A stretch of 51,234 bases of DNA, counting the filler, from Sphacelaria rigidula (lineage: Eukaryota), in NCBI GenBank assembly GCA_964200075.2. It is 3 parts of 3 records of this genome, joined end to end, with 100 filler letters (N's around TTAATTAATTAA, not from the genome) between each part and the next. Parts side by side here need not be neighbours in the genome. Positions count along the whole stretch, not along the records: positions 1 to 17,013 come from CAXNAA020001186.1; 2 more parts are not named here. One strand, 5' to 3'. The translations under genes were made by a program, and so were the position numbers. Of this stretch, positions 1 through 12,101 are shown in pieces. The stretch's first letter is position 1; every line of letters starts with the position of its first letter. Below the pieces are notes generated by a model. That model worked only from the letters and a program-made list of their open reading frames with translations. It had not been told where the DNA came from and searched no databases.

Positions 1-92
1 CCCCCCCAAGACCTAGGAATTTCCCCCGAAGGGTAAATCTGGAAAAAACCCGCTTGGGAGGGGGAAAGCGGCCCCCCCCCCCCCCCCCCCCG

Positions 93-285
93 TCAACCCT
101 TGGACCGCGATGCGGGTAGTCCATCTGGATCACGCATACTTCTTCAAGTGAAACTGATGCCGATTCAGTATGTGACCTCTCCTCGCTGTCAAAGGGTTGA
201 CCCTTGGACCGCGAGGGTAGGTTACCTGCTGCATCGGCATCAGTATGCGTGATCCAGCTGGACTGCCCTCCGCGGGGTCCAAAAG
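93..285. mobile_element. Family D MITE pair
   Basis: TCAA-CCCTTGGACCGCG...TTCAAGTGAAACTGATGCCGATTCA...AAGGG-TTGA-CCCTTGGACCGCGAGGGTAG; same termini and core as 46800-47465. Confidence 0.7.
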
Positions 286-2299
286 TGTAAAAACATTAAA
301 ACTCCTGGGCTGCCAGTCGGCGAAACTGTTCGGGACGATGAAGGAGGTCAAATGGTCCGCCCTCGGGGCATCATATATTTATTTATGGATCCCAGGCGTG
401 AGGCAGTGTACACAGAATATTGGAATATATTTCGTCACAACATCTACTTCGAAACACGGGAAAAACTTGACGTTCGTATGAACGAGGTATAGGAGCACCC
501 CCTCCGCCATTTCACCAAGGGCGGTTCGTTAGTATGTGCTTGCAGCCATGACGGGTGAATGGTGTGGCGGAAACCTGGCGCAGGGTGTGCATATGCATCC
601 GACCCTCTGACCGCCACTGTAGAACAATCGTTCAATCGGCTTCATCTCCCCGTGAGAAATGACTGTGAAACTGATGCCGGTTAAAGAGACAGCAGCACGC
701 TGAGAGAGCCATCGTCACTGCCTACAGCATGGTAGATGGTAGCAGCCTTTGAGCGTTCGACCGGAAGATTGAGCGAGTTATGAAATCGGCGTTATCTTCA
801 CATGAGAAGTATAAAAACGATACCGATTGAACGGTGTCTCGCTTTTGGTCGAACGCTCAAAGGCTATGATCAGTCGCCATGCTGTAGGCCGCCACCATGG
901 CTTTCTCAGCGTGGCGTTGGAATGCCTTCGCCATTTGGGTCATCCCTGGGCTTCGGTAGTCCGTCAGACAAGTCGGACAGACGCAACCTGTATCATGCAG
1001 TCACCAACAAGCGGCTACTGCTGCCGAGCTCGTGCTTTCCTGAACTATCGACCAATCTACCAGCCAATAGTCCCGCACACCACGCTACAAATTTTGCTGT
1101 TCACGTATCCACGGTATCGCGACAACACTTCAATTCCTTTATAATCCACGAGAGTCTACGCCCGTACGCACGAGCCTGCGATTGCACCGACTCTGGACAG
1201 CGAGGACTGGGTAGATGTGACGTTGGACGTACGTCACCAAGTGTTTACTCGATTTTGGTTTTAGCGCCAAGGGTCCGCCCGTCTGACTTACACATCAAAA
1301 GCAAGTAGGTCCAGCTGTGATTATCTCGGCTCAAGTATACTGGCCCTTACCATTCACTTTCACCGAGTAACACCCTCGTCGGAACAAATCGTTCCGCGGG
1401 ACTGTCGGTCGTGAATTGTTCTGAAACGAGACTTGTAGCTGAGACGGCCAAAACTAAGATCGAACTGCAAGATGCACACGGACGGCAGCGTACTGAAACG
1501 GAATGACGCAACCGATGTGTATCACCCATACGAATTGTGACACCCTCTGAAATACACTAGAAGCGTAGTGGACCACTACTGTAGCTTTCGTGCAAATAAA
1601 TAGGCTGTTCGATTTTTTCTTGAGTGTCGTTCCAGTTATTCAACTGGGGTACAGCACGTTCATCTCGCGGCTATGCGTAGCGGAGGAGGGAATGTGCGAC
1701 ACTTGGATAATCGAACAATCAGACATGCCATCCTCTCCGTCCATTCATTCAAGCGTTGGCTGAATCATCAAAGTTATTCTTCAAAAAAAGGATGAGAAGG
1801 AAAATCTCCAGCAATGGAAATAAACGGTGTACACTACAGCGCCCCGAATATCCGGGCGAGACGAATTCAAGTACGAGCTAGGCCGAGCAAGGGTTGCTGT
1901 GTGAGGTTGGGTGACGGCCCGATGAAGAGTAGGAGTTACGCACCGAATTTTTTACACAAAATCTTCGGAATCAATACACGGAACATCCTTGAAGCAGCAA
2001 AGAATAAAAACAAAACAGAAAGCTGAAGCGATTTGAATTTTTCAGCTAAAAACAGATGATGTCACAACTTCATGAAAACAGAAATTATCGCTGCTTCAAG
2101 CAGAAATTTTCTAGTTGCGTCCACGACATCCTCGCAAAATTTCGGCTCGAAGCTCCGACAATTGTGCCGCGCATGCAACTTTTTTTGCGACACTGCTGCG
2201 CCCGGGTATATGTTCATGTAGTACAGGAGACTCCAGTCATGGAGGTCACGAGTTCAAACCTCGACAGTCTAGTCCCGTCGTTGAGATCATATACCATGT

Positions 2300-2668
2300 C
2301 TGTGTGTGTTGTGTTGTCATCCCATCTATTCTGGGCACCGGTCTACACCTTCCCTATGTGTGGGCGCACCAGCCGGGGTCACACAGGAAGAGGGCCAACA
2401 CGGGAGTTTTTGCTCTTTTTTTTGTATCAGTCATTTACCTTCCTTCTGCGATGCTTGCCTCCATTTTTCATCGCGAGAGGGGTTAAACAGTCTCTTTTTA
2501 TCGTCGACCATATGTGGAATTTTGTGTACCTACAGCATAGTCGCTCTACACCGTTGGGCATTGTGTGAGAAAAAAATCCCAGATCGGGTGGTTTGACCGA
2601 GATTCGAACGCACGACCCAACCGTCAGAAACTTCCGAGGTTACCGACTGAGTCACGGGGCCGACCGGC
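2300..2668 (-). mobile_element. tRNA-derived SINE (family C)
   Basis: Minus-strand head GCCGGTCGGCCCCGTGACTCAGTCGGT...GTTCGAATCTCGG has Pol III A- and B-box-like motifs; body ends CAGAATAGATGGGATGACAACAC. Homologous copies elsewhere in the window. Confidence 0.75.
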
Positions 2669-3518
2669 TCATTATGCACTACATTTTTTCATTATTATTC
2701 TAGCAACAGAGCTTGCGTCACCGGGTTCGCCTGGATGTTCACACCAATATATTTACTTGATATGGGGCTGATTCGGACACTGAACAACTTAGTGTATTCC
2801 CGGGTTGTGCACGTTTCAGGGCCGGCCCAGCTCGTGAAGTTGTGGTCGATAGCGTGGCGCAGAGCGGAACACTGTGTGTCAGTTCCGGGACACATTCCAC
2901 AACGGGTTGTGTGGGATGCATCGCCTTTCTCGGTACAAAGGCGCTACCTACCTACTTCGCTTGTTCCGCCAGGAAATACTGTATACACACGTGTTTGTCA
3001 TGAGATTCCGCTACGACGAGAGCAGGCGTTTAGTGTGAGGGGTACAAGACGCCAATAACCTCGCGTGTAAAATTGGATCTGCCGAAAATGTTCTACTTCT
3101 ACACGTGATAGAACTGGGAGTGAGTAACAGTTCGAGAGCAAAGGCAGGTCATGTTTGTGATGCTCATGTGCCGACAGCACTTGGTAGTTTTTTTCGTACT
3201 GGGTTCCTGAAATATACATTGCAATAACAGATTGCCTGAAGTGCACGTGACCCACCGGATTGTGATGAACTCCGAACAAAATAGATGGCACGATCTTACG
3301 CGAGAGGCAGACGTCGATCCCTTCGCGCCTTGTCTTTTAAATAAATATCGATATGTACATGAAAAACTCCGTTCATTTTGCAATGTATTATCTGGTTATG
3401 TCGAAAAAAGGTAATTACACCGACTTCGCACTCTCGACGCTTCCACACAAAAACACAGGTGGCTCCTTCGCCGCTCTTTCAGCACGAGATTTCCCCCCCC
3501 CGCTGTCGCTGTACTCAC

Positions 3519-3750
3519 CTTGAGAAGGATGGCAGTATACCAGCGCCGTCAATGCCATGATCCGTCGCCGCACTGCCCCGCGCCGAGCCTCCAACCCGCC
3601 GCCCCACGCCACCGCCGTCCTTACCCTAGCTAGCAACGAAAATAACCGGCGCTTCGGCACCGTATGTTCCTTTGTCAGGCGCTCGAACATCTCCGCCGCC
3701 GTCTCCCTCTTTGTTTTGATGGTGGAAGACGCTACTGCAGGCGCGGTCGG
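3519..3750 (-). CDS. HUWE1-like E3 ligase exon 7 (PTAPAV...LTKEHTVPKRRLFSLLARVRTA...RIMALTALVYCHPSQ); gene continues leftwards
   Basis: Pyrimidine-rich acceptor CCCCCTCAG|, donor G|GTGAGT (phase 1). VP....F.LL.R.R.A and RI.AL..LVY fit the end of DUF908. Confidence 0.87.
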
Positions 3751-5252
3751 CTGAGGGGGTGCGAGCAGGGCAGGGGTAAGCACACGAGTTAAGTACCTCC
3801 CTCACGTGTAAAGCGTCTGTGAATACTTTCTCCCACAAGCATGCGCACGTCAAGTGCTTGCATTGGTATGGGTTGTTTATGGCGTCCTTTACTGTGTTTT
3901 GTCACCTCTCTCCGATCCATCGCTCGAATTTTTCGAATATACTTCAGCTATCGTTTTCCAATTATTTTTTTTGTGTACGCCATGTCGTCACCGAGGCTGA
4001 CTTTGTCGCGCATCATTTAACGCAAGACAATCAACCGAAACAATTTATGTTGGGATGAACGGACTACTCCATGTGACAGCATAACGCCCGGACACTGATA
4101 TACCACGTCTGGTAGGGTAATAGATTTCCGATCGTTTTGGGCACCAGATCGATTATCTAGACTTCTCTATCGAGCCGTAATCCCTCGAATAAATCCCTCC
4201 AGGCTCACCATGGTTCAGCCAATCATAGCGTGCGAATGTTACACCTCTGTAACACACAGAACTAATATGGATCACTTTGCCGTCAAACGGGCCTCAAGCA
4301 CCAACAAGAGCGGATAGTGTGAGTGTGTGCTATCTCCGGAGGATCTTTGTGGGGGGAATGAGCTACAACTTTTCCCGGTACACTGCTGTGGGTGCTGATA
4401 TGATCCCAAAAACAGCCAAGATCTTATCACCCGACGGTATCCTTCAGTAAGGAGCGGGCATGTGCAACTTACCGGGAATATACGACACAACCTACAGCAC
4501 TACATCGGGCATCCCTCTCTTTGTTGTGCGTCCAAAATCGCTCGTCACAACTCGAGCAGCTGTTCAATGTTCAAGTCACCCCACTAAACCAGTAGTACAT
4601 TGCGGGGCATAGTGATATACATCGACACGCGAGGGCTAGCAACGCATCGCACCACTTCAGGGCCCCCACTCTAAGGTACTATGTGGCTCAGTCATGATCC
4701 AGGGGTATTTTTGTTTTTGTTAAAAAAGGAAGGCGGTGGGTTCAAGACAGACACGGAGTAAATCATATCACGGTATACGTCATGCACAGTTGCAAATTTC
4801 GGTGGTATATACACGGAATGTTAAAAAAACGCCCAGCCTCAAAACGCCGAGATACGGAAGGCGGAAATTCATAACCGAGAGCATCAGCACGAGAAGGAGC
4901 GACCATACACAGCAACGAGGTGCACTACAGTACGGCGCCAAGCAAAACGGTGACAGCGACGATAGCAACGCACGCTCGAACGACCCGTTTCCAACCGACC
5001 CCGCATAACTTCATCTCCGACCAGACGGACTGTAAACTGGACGGTGCTACACAAACCGTCGTTCGCGACCTACTCATCGAGCCCCGGGAGCTTCCAACAG
5101 ATCGAGAAAACACGGGACTGAATCCATCTGACCACCAGCACACCACAACAAATCTCAAATGCCAATCGCATTACATACGTCGTACAAAGCTATCACCCCC
5201 GCCACCCTCGACAGGAATAATGTTGAACCGCACAAACTCCACCATCACTCAC

Positions 5253-5498
5253 AACATAAATCGTTTTTGACACAGCATAATCTCCAGCCACAGCAACACC
5301 GCTCCCCCCTGCCCCCGCCACTCCACCCACAGGCGCAGGATTCCCATCCGTACTCGAAACTCCCGGTGCGACATCCGCCGACAGCGGCGTATACTCGAAG
5401 TTGAGATCCCCCGCGTGCGCCGGCAGGATGGGGCGCAACGCTGTATTATTTGGTGGGTCTAGTGATGACGATGACGATGGGCCGGGATTTGAGTCGTC
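5253..5498 (-). CDS. HUWE1-like E3 ligase exon 6 (DDSNPGP...AGDLNFEY...SKTIYV)
   Basis: Acceptor ATGCAG|, donor GTT|GTGAGT, 246 nt phase 0/0. LNFEY resembles the L.FEFY motif of DUF908. Confidence 0.8.
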
Positions 5499-6124
5499 CT
5501 GCATAACGTTCGTCTCCTGCTATGTTGTGCAAAAAAGACAACACAAGAGAGAGAATGGGGGATAAACGAGCTCAAGCTCAAGCTCAAGCTCAACATCAAC
5601 ATCAAAGAAAATGTTGGAAGTGACACTAATGCAAATATCCAAATAAAAAAAGAGCGTGGACACACTGAACATGAAACCAGACATGAAATGATACCAACCA
5701 TGGGATATTCGAGAAAAATATCATCATCGGAGGGAAACGGGTAGAAGAGAGAGAGGGCGGCGCATTCATGCGTTCTCCTTCGACGTGCCTTTATTTATTC
5801 AACGTACTGGACCATTCGTATCAAGGATCCTCGACAGGAAGCGCGGAGTGCTGTAAATAGTTTCAACTCAGGGCGATTGAGTCAGCGGGGACTCTCCCGT
5901 TTTCATGCGCGTTGACTGTGAATAAAATCGTTCTTCAAATATTTCTTGGTCCAACCCGTCTTAAACAACTGTTGACATCGCTACAAATGTCATGTTCTCG
6001 AACGAACACTACTGACTGTCACTGCACCGCCCCCCTCTCTGACGAGACTGTGACCCAAACCCTACCTCGTTTCAATATTTTTGTACTGAACACCATCCTA
6101 TATGTGGGGGGGAAGGGAGGGGGG

Positions 6125-6192
6125 CGTACTCATTTGTTCCCTGCCTTAGTCGTTTGACCATTGACCACGCATCCCTTTCGGAACGGGGCACT
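6125..6192 (-). mobile_element. 68-bp family A LINE 3'-end copy with 10-bp flanking direct repeat
   Basis: Minus strand reads AGTGCCCCGTTCCGAAAGGGATGCGTGGTCAATGGTCAAACGACTAAGGCAGG...AAATGAGTACG; flanked by GGGAGGGGGG at 6115-6124 and 6193-6202. Confidence 0.8.
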
Positions 6193-6545
6193 GGGAGGGG
6201 GGAATGGATAGAGAAGTGTGTAGTTTTTTTCCCAGGCCACAACACAGCACTCCAACGCCCTTTGCACCGACAGCACACAAAACGCAAACATGGACTGAAA
6301 AATCTCTCGCCAGTACTGCAGCGGCAACACCCGGGTGCCACACAAGAACAAAACACATGGAAAACGAGCGTCTACAATGAAAAACAACCAGTGCGGAAGT
6401 CGAAAGTAACTTCACGTGGCTAGGCAACACCGCACACGCATGGAACAAGTTGAAGTCCCAGCGACGACTCCTTAGTGCGCCACAGCATGTATCCCTCCAA
6501 CTTCAACAGTGGCCGTTATACACAAAGCAATAAAATGCTCCTCAC

Positions 6546-6683
6546 CTCTCCCTCCACGGTCCCCGTAACGCATGCCAGCAGCCCCAAACCCTGGCCGCGC
6601 CCACCCCACCCCCCAGACATGGCCATGAACTCCGCGGCTACTGCCTTCTCATTATGAATGGAGCACATACTGTGGAGCTCCGG
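6546..6683 (-). CDS. HUWE1-like E3 ligase exon 5 (PELHSMC...MSGGWGGRGQGLGLLACVTGTVEGE)
   Basis: Acceptor ATGCAG|, donor GAG|GTGAGG, 138 nt phase 0/0. GWGGRGQGLGLLAC matches the conserved WGGKENGFGLAEC-type motif of HUWE1/UPL1. Confidence 0.88.
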
Positions 6684-7139
6684 CTGCATGGCGGGGTATT
6701 GAGCAGAGAGCACCACACACACGTGAATAGCAGGTGAGAGCTTGGCAACTGGTACATTAGTTACAATTGCTCATACATCCATGGATGAAACAACACGCAC
6801 ACACAAACACAGGGGCCAGCGCGGATTGACCGGACATCGACTTGCAAAAAAAGGGGGGCGTATTTTGTGTCCTGACGGCTGTGAATGCCGAACAAACACA
6901 CACACTGCAAAGCCATACCGTACTGACTGGGACAAGACACACAAAAAAATACAAACACATTTGGGCAATGGTTGGAGAGACGATACCGACACCATTTTCC
7001 TCACAACTGTTCGAGAACAAACCTCAAGACAAGCAAGATCTGAAACTTCGCTTGCATCTCTACCTTATTTCATGAACGACACACGGAAAACAAACGCGCA
7101 GACCAAGGTATGCACGCCTATCGCAGTTCAGTTACGTAC

Positions 7140-7244
7140 CTGCTGATGACGGTGCAATAGAGGAGGCATTGTAAGCAGCGTGAGACACCGCAACGCGGTG
7201 TCCGCCACGTCGTCATCACGAGCCGCCAGCAGTGCGCGCAGGTG
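7140..7244 (-). CDS. HUWE1-like E3 ligase exon 4 (HLRALLAARDDDVADTALRCLTLLTMPPLLHRHQQ)
   Basis: 105 nt, acceptor TTCAG|, donor CAG|GTACGT, phase 0/0. Continues STE|HL..LL as in HUWE1 (EHLTTLLAS). Too short for the ORF track. Confidence 0.88.
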
Positions 7245-8247
7245 CTGAACATGAGTCCACGAAACGAGGGAGGCAATAACGGGCATGCTTAGGTGCTACA
7301 CAATTTTACACCTATGGGCGACTGATAACAAACCCATCTCGATAAATTGGGCGCAATAAAACATCGTCACTGGGATACACCTCCAAGGTGTTCAGGAGAC
7401 GTAGAAGCACACCAGTGATGCGTCGGGCATTCATTGGATTTCCGTTAAAACATGATGAAAACTTGGTCTTTCTCAGAAGCGGGCCTCACTTGACGGTCGC
7501 AGGTCGATCCCCATGGAACTTGATACGGACCCGATGGGGTTCAATATGTCCAAGATGTAACACATTGAGGCAGTGAGGCCTTCGCCCACAATCGTGTTTC
7601 TCCGCAGCGGACCACGTACATACCAACAGGTACGTGCCATAAGTGAACAGGTACGTGTCATAACTGCATACGTGGGCTGCACAGTCTGAACATGAAATGC
7701 AGTTGCCAGATGCTCGGGCGTCTACAAAGCTCCTGCGATTTTTGCACAATGACTGGGTTACTTTTTTGCAACAACGAATGGAATCAATTTGGAATGCCGC
7801 AAGGCGACTTTCGACCCGAACATTTCTCATCGGCAAAAACACACACACACCATATACTTCTGTACGCTTTTAGCACAACCTTTACCTTCTCCTTCCCCCC
7901 CCCCTCCCTAACCTCTCCTGAAAAAGTCCGCTTATTTCGTCGGCAACTGGAATTCTGGCAGCCAAACGGGTGGCAGGAAGATAACCCCTTCCGCGTTATA
8001 TCATGGAACAACATTTCAACAAACAAAACAAACTTAACAAATAAAATGTAGAAGCATACATGAACATTCGAAATTCTACGATACCTTACAGAGACTGCAC
8101 CCCCGAACAACGGAATATGGACAACACCAGAGCCTAGCGGTCATTTTCCGAGTACACATGATGCCGACTCAACAGATGAATACGCCCGGTCGTCCAAGAG
8201 GGTCAAAACTAATTCCTCCTCACGAGTAAATACGCATCAGAACACAC

Positions 8248-8545
8248 CTCAGTGGAGCAAAAAACATGCTTATTCACGCACGTCCTCAGCACCACGGCCA
8301 AGAACCGCAAACAGGCAAGCACCAACTTCGCCGAACCCTCTCCTTGCCCCGCCGCTGCTGCTGGACCCTCTGTGACGGGCGCAGAGCTCTCACCCGCCGT
8401 CGTTATTGTGGACATCGTTGTCGTAGACGCGGCAGACCCTGGCTGAGGCTGTTGATGTTGCTGATTGGGTTGGACAAGAAGAAGTTTTGGATCTCGAGCA
8501 ATTGCGGATTCGAGAGCTTCATCCAAACGGTCAAGCACGTCGCAC
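8248..8545 (-). CDS. HUWE1-like E3 ligase exon 3 (CDVLDRLDEAL...LVLACLRFLAVVLRTCVNKHVFCSTE)
   Basis: Acceptor ACACAG|G completes the TG|G Trp codon; donor GAG|GTGTGT phase 0. LACLRFLAVVLRTCVNKHVFCSTE resembles the DUF908 pattern L..VL.FT.LL.E...R.LYSS.E. Confidence 0.9.
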
Positions 8546-8985
8546 CTGTGTTGCATTCGTACGTTTTCAACAGGCAGGAGGCAGGTTACACTCAACTACG
8601 TTCTGCTGCTCGATGCTATGCCTACTTCAAACGGGTATTTTTTCCAGATGGGATCCCACTTTACGGCAGTCGAAATCGACCTGCGACACTACTCTCAGGT
8701 GGGCAGGGCCCAATCCACCTAAAGGCAGAGTCCCACCCGAAGGCGGTCAAAATACTTGCTTGTGCTTCGCCGTTTTCAACTGGGCCCCAGCTGGGTTACT
8801 CGTGTGCTTGTCTTTCATATGAGTAAAAATCTATATACCGCTTCTGCGTCAAATGTGAACGGTGCAGCGATGACATGTATCTAGCACACGCTTCCTGCAC
8901 TGGCTATGCCGAGCTGTGGATTCATGAACCCCCTTCCTGGCAAGACAGTGATTTGAACCGATTTGTTTTACTGAGGGCACGGGAA

Positions 8986-9350
8986 CCGGCCGCCCCGGTA
9001 GCTCAGTTAGTGACCTCGAAACCTTCTGGCGGTTGGATCGTGGGTTCGAATCTCGGTCACGCCACACGATCTGGGACTTTTTCTCACACCATGCCCTACA
9101 GTGGAGAGCGACGACGTCGTCAGCACACAACATTCGACTTAACGGTCGACGAGGGACGGGGACCGGGGAGCCCCTCTCACGATAAAAACAAGGCAAGCTC
9201 CGAAGTAGGCAGGTGGAGGGCTAAAACAAGAAAAAAAAGAAGAGAAAACTCCTTCGTTTCGTCTTTCCTTCTAAGTGACCCCAGCTGATATGCCCACATA
9301 CACTGTAAGGGGTAAGACACACATACACTGGCGTACAACTCAATATACAC
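8986..9350 (+). mobile_element. tRNA-derived SINE (family C)
   Basis: CCGGCCGCCCCGGTAGCTCAGTTAG (A box) ... GGGTTCGAATC (B box), then the shared body AGTGGAGAGCGAC...TTCGACTTAACGGTCGAC. 3' end approximate. Confidence 0.75.
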
Positions 9351-10637
9351 GCAGCACACGCACGGCACACTCACGTACCTACCTACCCCTTCTCCTGCCG
9401 GGTGTGTGTGTGGAAGGAGTGAGAATGGCCACAAGCAGGGATTGAAAAAGCATCCCCTCAATATTGCTAAACGTGTAGACGATACCAGTGCAAAGAGAGC
9501 TAAACAGCTCAAAGTCGGCTTTTCAAGAAGATTTCAAGCACTAGTACAGAATTACCGAATATTTGCGAAGAGATCAACGCAATCCCGACTTTTGCGAGGT
9601 AAGACAAGAACAAAATCTATCTGAAAAGAGAGGGGTGCGTCGTCAGTGCGTAAGTGCGCCCGCGCCGCACACCGCGCCGCACATGTTTTCACCTCTGCAT
9701 GAAACAGTACCCACATGTTCCTTGCAGTCAGCGCGCCGTTACTCTGCACGGTTCGAGACCTATTGCGGCATCACAATTCTCATCGACGCAACACAAGGGT
9801 GGCAGGTTCATCACTGGAAAACTGTTCAACAAACGAATCGAGTGTTGCATTTTTCTCATGAATTTTCATTCGCAGGGGCGGGCCTGATGAGGCAGGTGTC
9901 TGCAGCCAGCTGCCCTTGCGTCTCGAAAAAAAACTTCAGGGTGGCTTGATTTGCGAGGGTCATTTGCACTTCAGGTACTGGCCGTATTCTTGTCTCCTCG
10001 ATAACAGAATCCGAAGAAATCAAGAACGAAAGTGAGTCCCTCAGAAGTTAGGGCAACTACGGGCAATATTGGGTACAACCGTGTTCGTGAGGATGGTATA
10101 GTCGGGTTTGTGAGGAAGATAAACGAAGACGAAGCTGGAGAAGAAAAGAACGACGGGTTCTATTCCTTCACCTAAAATGGGTTAAAATATCCTATATTTC
10201 GGCCTATTTTGGGGGATTTCTTCAAGACTGTTTTATGGTTATGTTTATGTTTTCCAGAGAAAAGTCTCAAAAGCGTCCAAATTCAGAACCCCACCTGCCC
10301 ACCACACCATTCTAGCGATGGACTCACCCTCAGCACACCCCCACCTCGCGAACGGGGCACCGGGATATCGGTTGGTGGCCGCTACGCAATTTCGAAGATG
10401 ATGTTCGACACTCATTCCCGTGAGAAAGGCGTGAAATACGGCCATTTCTTGGCCGAATATTTTTTTCTCGGCCGTTCGGCCGCATGTTGCAAGCACCGGC
10501 TGAGAGAAAAAACATTATATTCAACAAAAAAATCGAGAAAAATATTGGACACGGTTGAGGGCCTGTAAAATTCAGCTACCCTAACTTATGTATGACAAGT
10601 ATACAGGGTAAATACGCGGCGTACACGGAGATGAAAA

Positions 10638-10800
10638 ATAAGGCCAGCACCGCTGAAGGAAGGTGGAGTGTTGAAACAAGACAAGAAAAGTACAAAGCTC
10701 CCATGTTGACCTTCCTCCTGCGCGACCCCGGCCGATGCGCCCAGATATACCGAAAGGTGTACACCACCGCCCAGAATAGATGGGATGACAAGAAATACAT
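10638..10800 (+). mobile_element. Family C SINE 3' fragment
   Basis: AGGCCAGCACCGCTGAAGGAAGG...CCAGAATAGATGGGATGACAA matches the 3' half of the other copies. Confidence 0.7.
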
Positions 10801-10826
10801 ACACTACGTTGCCGGCAAAATCTCAC

Positions 10827-10927
10827 CAGTGGTAAAGATCTGGCTGTTCCTCCCATTGATCCTCTCCACCGACCAATCCAACGGCCGAGATAAGCTCATC
10901 GTCTGTCTTGGCGTTCAACACAGCATT
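10827..10927 (-). CDS. HUWE1-like E3 ligase exon 2 (NAVLNAKTDDELISAV...EQPDLYH[W])
   Basis: Acceptor TTTTGAACAG|, donor TG|GTGAGA (phase 2). Joins exon 3 to give DLYHWCDVLDRLD, resembling the HUWE1 motif ELYHWVDLLDRFD (DUF908 region). Confidence 0.88.
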
Positions 10928-12101
10928 CTGTTCAAAACCAAAGCAAAACAAAATAACAGAGACATAGACAAAGAAGATAGAGGAGGGGAGCAGTACAGAC
11001 GGAGGGTCGTTAGCCAACTAATTTCGGAATAAAATCACCGACTGGTCTTTAGCTTCGGTTACCCCGACACCACAACTGAGCAGCTCCTCTATGGATGCGA
11101 GCACCAATCCCAACGACAACGTACCGTTTATTCCTTTATCACCACCCCTGACTTGCGCACATCGTGCGACCTAAGCCATTGGTTACCACCTGTGTCCAGT
11201 GATCGACCAACCTGGGGGCCATCGAGCGGGGGCCTAGCGCTCGAGGGGTGCTCTGTTCTCAACATCAGTGGACAGCGTCAAACTTCGCTGGCTTCAAAGG
11301 TTGTAAAATCGGCCCTTTAACGGCCTAAAGTTGACGCACGCAGCAAGTAGCTCAACGTCACCGCACCTTTTACTATGCCGACGATAAAGCAGGGGTGGTG
11401 GATTTTTCAGAATCAGACATCTTTTTTCACGTGATACTAACTCGTAGGCAGCTGGGACCGCACCACTGGGATCGTGAAGTTTAAAGGCAGCTGATTATGG
11501 TGGACTGTGTACCCTGTGGTACTCTTGATTCTCAGGATTTCTTGGAGTACCCAACACTTCAGGGTGGGTACCCGAGGTATAGACATCCCGAAGTACCCCA
11601 CTCTGCACACACTCCACCCTCAACACATATGGTCAGGTACGTTTATCCCATTCGATCGCGAATTTATGCTTGACAAATACACGATGCATGAATTCGTTTG
11701 GCCGGGTACTTGCAGTGCAGACCCATTTCTGGTTTGCAGTTGGTATGGGAATCTTAGCCGCAAGAGGGAATAACCCCGACATAATTTTACGAGCACATGG
11801 CGCCGGCTTTCGAGGGTATCAGCAGCATACCGCGAATCCGGCGAACGGAATCCCATGTCATCGATTTTGACATGACTTTGTCGAGCAATGCTACGCTACG
11901 GGTCAATTGCGCCGCGTCTTTTGCGGCACGTTGGACGTATAGGATGGCCCTACCAAACTATGTCTACGGGGGCAACGTCACCGAGGGGGATTCGTGGAGG
12001 GATCGGAGGTGTTGAGCTCTGCTCGACGAGAGCATTCAAATAGCTCGAGTAATCACAAAAAGGTGGTATCGACCGTCACTTCCTCATCATCTTCACCACT
12101 C

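Noticed and set aside
1351-1420. Candidate phase-1 exon 8 of the E3 ligase (EQFTTDSPAERFVPTRVLL)
   Set aside because: Phase fits but I see no convincing HUWE1 motif and there are two alternative donors; not supportable without RNA data.
9871-9932. CTGATGA...GAAA inside a GC-rich hairpin, hammerhead-like
   Set aside because: Stem II does not pair beyond two positions next to GAAA, and no stem III or cleavage triplet can be formed.
10076-10557. 11-bp imperfect inverted repeat CAACCGTGTTC/GGACACGGTTG as MITE ends
   Set aside because: Short, one mismatch, no matching TSD and no second copy in the window.
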